This document shows positions 51,693 through 62,906 of a stretch of DNA of 64,000 nucleotides, in pieces. The notes under the pieces were generated by a model. The model ran no database searches, was not told the origin of the DNA, and worked only from the letters and a program-made list of their open reading frames with translations. Position 1 is the first letter of the stretch. Every line of letters begins with the position of its first letter. Source of the stretch: Heterodontus francisci. Lineage: Eukaryota. Location of the stretch: assembly GCF_036365525.1 (NCBI RefSeq), contig NW_027142279.1, positions 310,001-374,000 on the forward strand. Direction: 5' to 3'. Position numbers and translations under genes: made by a program.

Positions 51693-52167
51693 ATGTATCT
51701 GTTACTGACTCTGATCTCCCTGTTTCACCGTAAGGCGTTTTATTAAAACAATAATTCTACTTAACATTTCTTTCGTTTTATTTTTCTTTGATTTTCTCTC
51801 TCTCCCCTTTCTCCCCACTGGACTGAATGTCCCTGTTTATTGATCTCCTCCTCTCCCTGTCTCTTTCCCAGATGTGAACTCACAGACTATGCACCAGACT
51901 CCCGCCGCTGTCTCCAAATTTTCTGGGGAGCAGGTGAAGCTGAAATGCACCGTGCAGGGCACAAGTAACCCTGACATGTTTTGGTACAGACAATACCCGG
52001 GGAAGGAGCCGCAGCTGATGTTTTGCTCCCGAAGTGTACAAAGTGTGAACTCAGAGGGGACGGTGGAGGGTTTCACCGCCGAGAGACCGAGTAACTCCGA
52101 GTTCCACCTGGAGTCCTCCAGCCTGTGGGAGAATCACTCGGCCGTGTATTTCTGTGCCTGGAGACAT
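51693..52167 (+). CDS. TRBV: TCR V segment, family A, apparently functional; leader 51693-51729, V exon 51872-52167
   Basis: MYLLLTLISLFH; SQTMHQTP..CTVQGTSNPDMFWYRQ..MFCSRS..CAWR; RSS CACAGTG-23-ACAAAAACC 52168-52206. Confidence 0.9.
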
Positions 52168-54990
52168 CACAGTGACCCAGAGAGATGGAGCAGTTCAACA
52201 AAAACCCCAAAGGCAGCAGGAAACACCTGTTTCAGATAAAACCAGGCGGTGCTGCATCCTGTAGGGTGATTTCATCATTGGGTACATGTTCTTCACAAGA
52301 AGTCAGCGCAGATTTAAAGAGAAAGTGACAGGTTAGATTTCGAAGCACCGGGGAATTGCGAACTGGACTTTACGGGAACACAGAGTTTAAAGCGAACATG
52401 ATAGTTTGAATATCGGGGTCTCTTTGCTCCAGAAAAGGGAAGACTGAAGGGTAAACCTTCAGCGGTCTTAGAGAGATTGTTAAAGATTTTAATATGTGAA
52501 GTGAAGATCAGAAACAACAGCGAGAGAGACAGAGATNNNNNNNNNNNNNNNNNNNNNNNNNNNNNNNNNNNNNNNNNNNNNNNNNNNNNNNNNNNNNNNN
52601 NNNNNNNNNNNNNNNNNNNNNNNNNNNNNNNNNNNNNNNNNNNNNNNNNNNNNNNNNNNNNNNNNNNNNNNNNNNGAGATAGATAGAGAGAGAGATAAAG
52701 AGAGAGAAAGAGAGACGGATAGAGAGAGATAGGGAAATAAATTGAGATGGATAGATAGATAGAGAGAGACATAGAGAGATTGATAGATAGAGAGATAGAT
52801 AGAGAGAGGGAGAAAGAGAGACACGGATAGAGAGAGGGAGAGAGAGAGACAGAGACAGTGAGAGAGATAAAGAGAAGTAGAGAGAGAGATAGAGAGAGGG
52901 AGAAAGATAGAGAGAGATGGATGGATTGATGAATGGATATTGAAGGTGTGGTTTTATGTCACTGCGTTTTCTTTCTCCAAAGGGACAGTAGAGTGCGCTG
53001 TTGGACCATGATAAACATCAGAGTCTGGAACACACTTTAACAGTGACCTGGGAACACAAGGAGTTCATTCATCACCTCGAAAACATTCCGACCTTCACTG
53101 AGATCATGAAATAAAGACAAGAAATCCTGGAACCACTCAGCGGGTCTGGCAGCATCTGTGGAAAGAGAAGCAGAGTTAACGCTTCGGGTCAGTGACCCTT
53201 CTTTCGGGTCAGTAATCCTTTATTTCACTGAGATCATGACTGAACGATAACTTCCCATCGCTCTCTCTCTCCAACCCTCTCTCTCCCTCTCTCCATCCCT
53301 GTCTTTCTCCATCCCTCTCTCTCCCTCTCTCTCCAACCCTCTCGCTCCCACTCTCCATCCTCTCTCTTCCTGTCTCCATCCCTCTCTCTCCCTCTCTCTC
53401 CCCATCCTTCTCTCACCCTCTCTCCATCACTCTCTCTCCATCTCTCTCCATCCCTCTCTCTCCTACACTCTCCATCCCTCTCTCTGCTCCTCTCCATCCC
53501 TCTCTCTTCCTATCTCCATCACTCTCTCTCCCTCTCTCTCCATCCCACTCTCTCACTCTCGCTACCAAGCTGGTGTAAAATGAGAGAATGCCAATTAACA
53601 TCCCTGTCTTTTACAGGGGCAGTGACTGTCTCTCTATCTAGCTCGTTATGTTTCTACCTACATGACTTTCCCTCGATCTCTCTATATCTCTACCTCTCTC
53701 TATATCTATCTGTCAACCTGACTGACTCTCTATCTATCTATCTCTCTACCTGATTATCTAGCTCTCTGTCTCTGTATGTATCAAACTCTATCTTTCGGTG
53801 ATTACAGTTTGAATGAACTAATTAAACATACTGCAGTAATGTAATGAATGACCATCTTTTCATAGATTTTCTATACATTGACCAGTAGATGATGTGGTTT
53901 GTCATCAATTACGTATCAAAATCCTCTCTGATCTTCAATATCTGTATCACATCCACCATTAACCTTCGCTGCTCGAAGGAGAGAAACCCCCAGCTTCTCC
54001 AGTCTCCCCACAGTAACTGAAGTCCCTCATCCCTGGTAACAGATGGTTAATCTCTTTCTAACCTTCACTACACAGAGGCGAACAACTCCCCAATTCACAG
54101 GAACTAACTCAGCTCAGAACCATTAAACATCTGAGCGCTGTTTCACACTGTTCAAAGGTGAGACCCCTCTCCAGATACCTTCATCTCTGGGACACCTGCC
54201 TCCTGACAGCTAGTTCATAAGCTGCTGAAACCTGTTTAGCCACTTTCATCTTAGACTCGAGTCACATTTGATGTGTTTTTCAAAGAAATTAGCAGTTCAG
54301 ACCAGTGAACAATTTAACCCTTTAACTCCCATTCACCACGCTGGTTCGGCAGCAGAGCAGTTATGTTACTGGACTCGAAATCCAGAGGCATGGACTAATG
54401 ATCTCCAGACTTGAGTTCAATTCCCACTGGGGCAGAAATGCAATTTAAATTCAATTAATTAAATAAATAAAAATCTATCAGAGACACTATGAGTAATCAT
54501 GAACATGGAGTGTCGTAAAAACCCAACGTCTTCATTGATTACCTTCAGGGAAGGAAATCTGCCATTCTTACCCGGTCTGGCCGATATCTGATTGCAGACC
54601 CACAGCAATGTGGTTGACTATTAACTGCCCTCTGATATGGCCTAGCAGGTATTCCCGAAGATGGTTCACTACCACCTTCTCAGAGGCAATAAGGGATGGG
54701 CACACTCTCTGGGTATAGAGGGTTGTTTCCCTGAATTCTACTCTATCAAAGCGCTTTCTGAAATGTGAACACCTCTATTCAATCTCCCCCTATCCTCCTG
54801 TGTTGTATCATTCTACAACATTGCTAACCAATGTAATGGGGTGGAGCAGAGTGTCGCAGTAAGTGACTGCCAATCACAATGACAACCGGATGCTGGGTAT
54901 TTAATTGGATACAATATAGAAACCGCCTGCAAGTGTGTTGTTGAAAACTCCACACGTTCACACATCGAGTTAGTATCGAATGAAGAAATC

Positions 54991-55825
54991 ATGTTGCATA
55001 AAGTTCTCTGTCTAATCTTGATGGCTGCACTCTTCCCACGTAAGTCAAAGTCAGAAACTGTGTCGAATAATGTATTGTAAAGTCAGCGGTGATTCTGTTC
55101 CATAACACTGCTGTGTCAGAGTCTCACTCCAGAACACTTGAGCTCAAAGTCAAAACTAACACCCCAGGTGTCAGGGCTGTGGAAGTGCTGGACTGTCACA
55201 GAGGCAGTACTGAAGGTGTGCTGCACTGTCGCAGAGGCAGTACTGAGGGAGTGCTGCACTGTCGCAGAGGCAGTACTGAGGGAGTGCAGCACTGTCACAG
55301 AGGCAGTACTGAGGGAGTGCTGCACTGTTGCAGAGGCAGTACTGAGGGAGTGCCGCACTGTCGCAGAGGCAGTACTGAGGGAGTAACTACATTGGTTGCA
55401 AGGCCCTTTCTGATGCCCTGAGGTCCTGAACAGCGATATATTAATGTAAGCCCTCTCTTTCGTGTAATGCAGCCCCTGCTCCAATCCATTATTGACTGAA
55501 ATAATAATCTAATCGATGTTCCGTCCCACAGGAATACTCGCCTCCTATGTGGAACAGTCACCCTCTATCCTATCGATTTCCGCAGGAGAGTCGACAACAC
55601 TCAGATGCACGCTGACCAATACTGCCTATTCCTATATGTACTGGTTCAGACAACAACCAGACAGGGCACTGGAAGCTCTGTTCTATTCTGCTGGAACAGG
55701 GTCTGTCACCAATTACACATCCGAGTCATTTAAGGCAGACAGAGCCAGCAATACACTGTTTACTTTGGCACTGAGAGACGCCGCTCCATCTCACACCGCT
55801 GTCTATTTCTGCGCTTGTAGTATCG
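54991..55825 (+). CDS. TRBV: TCR V segment, family C (mouse Trbv1-like), apparently functional; leader 54991-55039, V exon 55532-55825
   Basis: MLHKVLCLILMAALFP|gtaagt; YVEQSPSILSISAGESTTLRCTLTNTAYSYMYWFRQQ..SHTAVYFCACS; RSS CACAGTG-23-GCAAAAACC 55826-55864. Confidence 0.9.
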
Positions 55826-57240
55826 CACAGTGTTTGAGAAAGCGGATCCGCAGCTGCAAAAACCTGCAGCGGATGAACGGGAGTTCAGTGCTCATCTTCA
55901 ACTGGCAGGGGGCAGCAGTAGATTGAAGCTCATTGTTCAGATCTATCTGTCCACCTGATTGTTTATCTCTCTGTCTCTCTATCTATCTATCACTTTACCT
56001 GGTTATCTATCTCTCTGCCTCTCTATCTATCTAACTCGATCTTTAGGTAATTACAGTTTGTGTGAACGAATTAAACATACTGCAGTAATGTAATGAATGA
56101 CCATCTTTTCATAGATTTTCTATATATTGACCAGTAGATGATGTGGTTTGTCATCAATTATCTATAAAAATCCTCTATGATCTTCAATATCTGTATCACA
56201 TCTACCGTTAACCTTCTCTGCTCCAAGGAGCGAAACCCCCAGCTTCTCCATTCTCTCCACAGTAACTGAAGTCCCTCATCCCTGGTACCAGTCTTGTTAA
56301 TCTCCCTCTAACCTTCACTACACAGAGGTGAACAACTCCCCAATGCACAGAAACTATCTCAGCTCAGAACCCTGAACCATCTGAGCGCTGTTTCACACTG
56401 TTCAAAGGCGAAACCCCTCTCCAGATAACTTCATCTCTGGGACACTTGCCTCCTGACAGCGAGTTCAGAAGCTGCTGAAAACTCTTTACCCACTTTCACC
56501 TCAGACTCGAGTCACATTTAATCTGTTCTTCAAAGAAACCAGCAGTTCAGACCAGTGAACAATTTAACCATTTAACTCCCATTCACCACGGAGGTTCGGC
56601 AGCAGAGCAGTTATGTTACTGGGCTAGTAATCCAGAGGCCTGGACTAATGATCCCCAGACTTGAGTTCAATTCCCACCGGGGCAGAAATGCAATTTAAAT
56701 TCAATTAATTAAATAAATAAAAATTTGTCATGGAAAGTATGAGTAATCCTGAACATGGAGTGTCTTAGAAACCCAACGTCTTCATTGATTACCTTCAGGG
56801 AAGGAAATCCGCCATTCCTACCAGGTCTGGCCTATATGTGACTGCAGACCCACAGCAATGTAGTTGACTGTTAACTGCCCTCTGATATGGCCTAGCAGGT
56901 ATTCCCGAAGATGGTTCACCATCACCTTCTCAGGGGCAATAAGGGATGGGCACACTCTCTGGGTATAGAGGGGTGTTTCCCTGAATTGTACTCTATCAAT
57001 GCCCTTTCTGAAATGGGAACACCTCTATTCAATCTCCCCCTATCCTCCTGTGTTGTATCATTCTACAACATTGCTATGCAAAGTAATGGGGTGGAGCAGA
57101 GTGTCGCAGTAAGTGACTGCCAATCACAATGACAACCGGATGCTGGGTATTTAATTGAACACAATATAGAAACCGCCTGCAAGAGTGTTGTTGAAAACTC
57201 CACACGTTCACACATCGAGTTAGTATCGAATGAAGAAATC

Positions 57241-58008
57241 ATGTTGCATGAAGTTCTCTGTCTAATCTTGATGCCTGCCCTGTTCCCACGTAAGTCAAAG
57301 TCAGAAACAGTGTCGAATAATGTATTGTAATGTCAGCGGTGATTCTGTCCGTAACACTGCTGTGTCAGAGTCTCACTCCAGAACACTTGAGCTCAAAGTC
57401 AAAAGTAACACCCCAGGTGTCAGGGCTGAGGGAGTGCTGCACTGTCACAGAGGCAGGACTGAGGGAGTGCTGCACTGTCGCAGAGGCAGTACTGAGGGAG
57501 TGCTGCACTGTTGCAGAGGCAGTACTGAGGGAGTGCCGCACTTTCGCAGAGGCAGTAATGAGGGAGTAACTACATTGGTTGCAAAGCCGTTTCTGATGCC
57601 CTGAGGTCCTGAACGGCGATATATTAATGTAAGCCCTCTCTTTCTTGTAATGCAGCCCCTGCTCCAATCCATTATTGACTGAAATAATAATCTAATCGAT
57701 GTTCCGTCCCACAGGAATACTCGCCTCCTATGTGGAACAGTCAACCTCTATCCTATCGATTTCCGCAGGAGAGTCGACAACACTCAGATGCACGCTGAAG
57801 AATACTGGCTATCCTGCAATGTACTGGTACAGACAACAACCAGACAGGGCACTGGAAGCTCTGTTCTATTCTGTTGGAACAGGATCTGTCACCAATTACA
57901 CGTCCGAGTCATTTAAGGCAGACAGAGCCAGCGATACACTGTTTACTTTGGCACTGAGAGACGCCGCTCCATCTCACACCGCTGTCTATTTCTGCGCTTG
58001 TAGTATCG
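57241..58008 (+). CDS. TRBV: TCR V segment, family C, apparently functional; leader 57241-57289, V exon 57715-58008
   Basis: LRCTLKNTGYPAMYWYRQQ..CACS; RSS 58009-58047. Confidence 0.9.
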
Positions 58009-59372
58009 CACAGTGTTTGAGAAAGCGGATCAGCAGCTGCAAAAACCTGCAGCGGATGAACGGGAGTTCAGTGCTCATCTTCAACTGGCAGGGGGCAGCA
58101 GTAGATTGAAGCTTTCTGTTCATATCTATTTGTCCACCTGATTGTTTATCTCTCTGTCTCTCTATCTATCTATCTCTCTACCTGGTTATCTATCTCTCTG
58201 TCTCTCTATCTATCTAACTCTATCTTTAGGTAATTACAGTTTGTATGAACTAATTAAACATACTGCAGTAATGTAATGAATGACCATCTTTTCATAGATT
58301 TTCTATATATTGACCAGTAGAAGATGTGGTTAGTCATCAATTATCTATCAAAATCCTCTATGATCTTCAATATCTGTATCACATCTACCATTAACCTTCT
58401 CTGCTCTAAGGGCAGAAATCCCCAGCTTCTCCAGTCTCTCCACAGTAACTGAAGTCCCTCATCCCTGATACCAGTCTGGTTAATCTCCCTCTAAACTTCA
58501 CTACACAGAGGCGAACAACCCCCTCATGCACAGGAACTAACTCAGCGCAGAACCATTAACCATCTGAGCGCTGTTTCACAGTGTTCAAAGTGAGACCCCT
58601 CTCCAGTTCAGAAGCTGCTGAAAACTCTTTACCCACTTTCATCTTCGACTCGAGTCACATTTGATGTGTTCTTCAAAGAAACTCGCAGTTCAGACCAGTG
58701 AACAATTTAACCCTTTAACCGCCATTCAGCAAGGAGGTACGGTAGCAGAGCAGTTATGTTACTGGACTAGTAATCCAGAGGCCTGGACTAATGATCCCCA
58801 GACTTGAGTTCAATTCTCACCAGGGCAGAAATTGAATTTAAATTTAATTAAGTAAATAAATAAAATCTGTAATGGAAAGTAAGAGCAATTCTGAACATGG
58901 AGTGTCGTAAAAACCCAACGTATTCATTGATGACCTTCAGGGAAGGAAATCTGCCATTCTTACCCGGTCTGGCCTATATGTGACTGCAGACCCACAGCAA
59001 TGTGGTTGACTATTAACTGCCCTCTGATATGGCCCAGCAGGTAATTCCGAAGATGGTTCACCACCACCTTCTCAGGGGCAATAAGGGATGGGCACACTCT
59101 CTGGGTATAGAGTGTTGCTTCCCTGAATTCTACTCCATCAAAGCCCTTTCTGAAATGTATTCAATCTCCCCCTATCCTCCTAAGTTGTATCATTCTGCAA
59201 CATTGCTATACAATGTAATGGGGTGGAGCAGAGTGTCGCAGTAAGTGACTGCCAATAACAATGACAACCGGATGCTGGGTATTTAATTGGATACAATATA
59301 GAAACCGCCTGCAAGTGTGTTGTTGAAAACTCCACATGTTCACACATCGAGTTGGTATCGAATGAAGAAATC

Positions 59373-60132
59373 ATGTTGCATGAAGTTCTCTGTCTAACCT
59401 TGATGGCTGCATTCTTCCCACGTAAGTCAAAGTCAGAAACTGTGTCGAATAATGTACTGTAATGTTAGCGGTGATTCTGTCTGGAACACGCCTGTGTCAG
59501 AGTCTCACTCCAGAACACTTCAGCTCAAAATCAAGGCTGAACACCCCGGGTGTCATGACTGAGGGAATGTTGCACTGTCACAGAGGCAGTACTGAGGTAG
59601 TGCTGCACTGTCGCACAGGCAGTACTGAGGGAGTGCTGCACTGTCGCAGAGGCAGTACTGAGGGAGTGCTGCACTGTCGCAGAGGCAGTACTGATTGAGT
59701 AACTACATTGATTGCAAAGCCCTTTCTGAGGTCCTGAACGGCGCTATGTTAATGTAAGTCCTTTTTTCTTGCAATGCAGTCCCTCCTCTAATCCGCTATT
59801 GACTGAAATAATAATTTAATCGATGTTCCATTCCACAGGAATACTCGCCTCTTGTGTGGAACAGTCTCCCTCGATCCTATCGATTGCAGCAGGAGAGTCG
59901 ACAACACTCAGATTCACGCTGACCAATACTGGCTGGACCTTAATGTACTGGTACAGTCAACAACCAGACAGGGAACTGGAATCTCTGTTCTATTCTGCTA
60001 CAGAAGTGACTGTTACCAATTACACGTCCGAGTCATTTATGGCAGTCAGATTCAGCGATACACTGTTTTCTTTGGCACTGAGAAACGCTGCTACATCTCA
60101 CACCGCTGTCTATTTCTGCACTTGCAGTATCG
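59373..60132 (+). pseudogene. TRBV: Family-C V, open frame but Cys23->Phe and degenerate RSS; leader 59373-59421, V exon 59839-60132
   Basis: TTLRFTLT, WYSQ, YFCTCS; RSS CACAGTA-23-GCATCAACC (60133-60171). Confidence 0.82.
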
Positions 60133-61628
60133 CACAGTATTTGAGAAAGCGGATCCGCAGCTGCATCAACCTGCAGCAGATGAACGGGATTTCAGTGCTC
60201 ATCATCCACCGGCAGGTGGCATCAGTGGTTTGAGTCTCACTGCTCATTTTCCACCAGCAGGGGGCAGCAGTAGATTGAATGTCAGAGTTCATAACTGTCT
60301 GTCAACCTGCCTGTCTGTCTCTCTATCTATCTATCTCTCTACCTGGTTATCTATCTCTCTGTCTCTCTATCTATCTATCTCTCCACCTGGTTACCTATCT
60401 GTCTGTCTCTGTAACTATCTAACTATATCTTTAGGTGATTACAGTTTGTATGAACTAATTAAACATACTGCAGTGATGTGATGAATGACCATCTTTGCAT
60501 AGATTTTCTATATATTGGCCAGTAGATGATGTGATGTGTTATCAATTATCTATCAAAATCCTCTATGATCTTCAATATCTGTATCATATCTACCATTAAC
60601 CTTCTCTGCTCCAAGGAGAGAAACCCCCAGCTTCTCCAGTCTCTCCACAGTAACTGAAGTCCCTCATCCCTGGTACCAGTCTTGTTAATCTCCCTCTAAC
60701 CTTCACTACACAGAGGTGGACAACTCCCCAATGCACAGAAACTAACACAGCTCAGAACCCTTAACCATCTGAGTGCTGTTCCACACTGTTCAAAGGCGAA
60801 ACCCCTCTGCAGATCACTTCATCTCTGGGACACCTGCCTCCTGACAGCGAGTTCAGAAGCTGCTGAAAACTCTTTACCCACTTTCACCTCAGACTCGAGT
60901 CACATTTAATGTGTTCTTCAAAGAAACTAGCAGTTCAGACCAGTGGACAATTTAACCATTTAACTCCCATTCACCACGGAGGTTCGGCAGCAGGGCAGTT
61001 ATGTTACTGGGCTAGTAATCCAGAGGCCTGGACTAATGATTCCCAGACTTGAGTTCAAATCCCACCGGGGCAGAAATATAATTTAAATTCAATTAATTAA
61101 ATAAATAAAAATCTGTCATGGAAAGTATGAGTAATCCTGAACATGGAGTGTCTTAAAAACCCAACGTCTTCATTGATGACCTTCAGGGAAGGAAATCCGC
61201 CACTCCTACCCGGTCTGGCCTATATGTGACTGCAGACCCACAGCAATGAGGTTGACTGTTAACTGCCCTCTGATATGGCCCAGCAGGTATTTCCGAAGAT
61301 GGTTCACCATCACCTTCTCAGGGGCAATAAGGGATGGGCACACTCTCTGGGTATAGAGGGTTGCTTCCCTGAATTCTACTCTATCAAATCCCTTTCTGAA
61401 ATGAGAACACCTCTATTCAATCTCCCCCTATCCTCCTGTGTTGTATCATTCTACAACATTGCTATACAATGTAATGGGGTGGAGCAGAGTGTCGCAGCAA
61501 GTGACTGCCAATCACAATGACAACCGGATGCTGGGTATTTAATTGGATACAATATAGAAACCGCCTGCAAGTGTGTTGTTGAAAACTCCACACGTTCACA
61601 CATCGAGTTAGTATCGAATGAAGAAATC

Positions 61629-62495
61629 ATGTTGCACGAAGTTCTCTGTCTAATCTTGATGCCTGCCCTGTTCCCACGTAAGTCAAAGTCAGAAACAGAG
61701 TCGAATAATGTATTGTAATGTTAGGGGTGATTCTGTCCGGAACACTCCTGTGTCTGAGTCTCACTCCAGAACACTTGAGCTCAAAGTCAAGGCTGGCAAA
61801 CCACGTGTCAGGACTGAGGGAGTGCTGCACTGTCGCAGAGGCAGTACTGAGGGAGTGCTGCACTTTCACAGAAGCAGTACTGAGGGAGTGCTGCACTGTC
61901 ACAGAGGCAGTACTGAGGGAGTGCTGCACTGTCGCAGAGGCAGTACAGAGTGAGTTCTGCACTGTCGCAGAGGCAGTACTGAGGGACTGCTGCACTGTCG
62001 CAGAGGCAGTACTGAGGGAGTGCTGCACTGTCGAATAGGCAGTACTGACGGAGTAACTGCATTTGTTGCAAAGCACTTTCTGATGTCCGGAGGTCCTGAA
62101 CGGCGCTATATTAATGTAAGCCCTTTCTTTCTTGCAATGCAGCTCCTGCTCCAATCCATTATTGACTGAAATAATAATCTAATCGATGTTCCATTCCACA
62201 GGAATACTCTCCTCCTATGTGGAACAGTCACCCTCTATCCTATCGATTGCAGCAGGAGAGTCGACAACACTCAGATGCACGCTGACCAATACTGACTATT
62301 CCTATATGTACTGGTACAGACAACAACCAGACAGGGCACTGGAAGCTCTGTTCTATTCTGCTGGAACAGGGTCTGTTACCAATTACACGTCCGAGTCATT
62401 TAAGGCAGTCAGAGCCAGCAATACACTGTTTACTTTTGCACTGAGAGACGCCGCTCCATCTCACACCGCTGTCTATTTCTGCGCTTGTAGTGTCG
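61629..62495 (+). CDS. TRBV: TCR V segment, family C, apparently functional; leader 61629-61677, V exon 62202-62495
   Basis: LRCTLTNTDYSYMYWYRQQ..CACS; RSS CACAGTG-23-GCAAAAACC 62496-62534. Confidence 0.9.
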
Positions 62496-62551
62496 CACAG
62501 TGTTTGAGAAAGCGGATCAGCAGCTGCAAAAACCTGTCGTGGATGAACGGG

Positions 62552-62906
62552 AGTTCAGTGCTCACCTTCCACTGGCAGGGGGCAGCAGTGGATTGAATCT
62601 CAGTGCTCATCTTCCACCGGCAGGGGGCAGCAGTAGATTGAATTCAGCGCTCACCATCCACCGGCAGGGGGCAGCAGTGGATTGAATCTCGGTGCTCATC
62701 TTCCACCGGCAGGGGGCAGCAGTAGATTGAATCTCAGTGCTCATCTTCCACCAGCAGGGGGCAGCAGTGGATTGAATCTCTGTGCTCATCTTCCACCGAC
62801 AGGGGGCGGCAGTACATTGAATCTCAGTGCTCATCTTCCACCGACAGGGGGCGGCAGTACATTGAATCTCAGTGCTTATCTTCGACCGGCAGGGGGCAGC
62901 AGTAGA
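62552..62906 (+). promoter_or_regulatory. Tandem array of 8 x ~45-bp units, each with a CTCF-like core
   Basis: Cores C(C/T)(A/G)(G/A)CAGGGGGC(A/G)GC at 62572, 62617, 62661, 62706, 62751, 62796, 62841, 62886. Confidence 0.75.

Larger units (their letters stand above)
53690..62600 (+). repeat. Four tandem ~2.2-kb duplication units, each holding one family-C V
   Basis: Leader ATGs at 54991, 57241, 59373, 61629; flanks, intron and SINE pieces are collinear. Confidence 0.92.

Noticed and set aside
54836-54864. ATGGGGTGGAGC..GCA|gtaagt 'MGWS' Ig-leader-like exon in family-C units
   Set aside because: Too short, not hydrophobic and in the wrong phase; the true leader is at 54991-55039.
62552-62906. 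CRISPR-like array
   Set aside because: Eukaryotic context; contiguous tandem units with no unique spacers and no cas genes.
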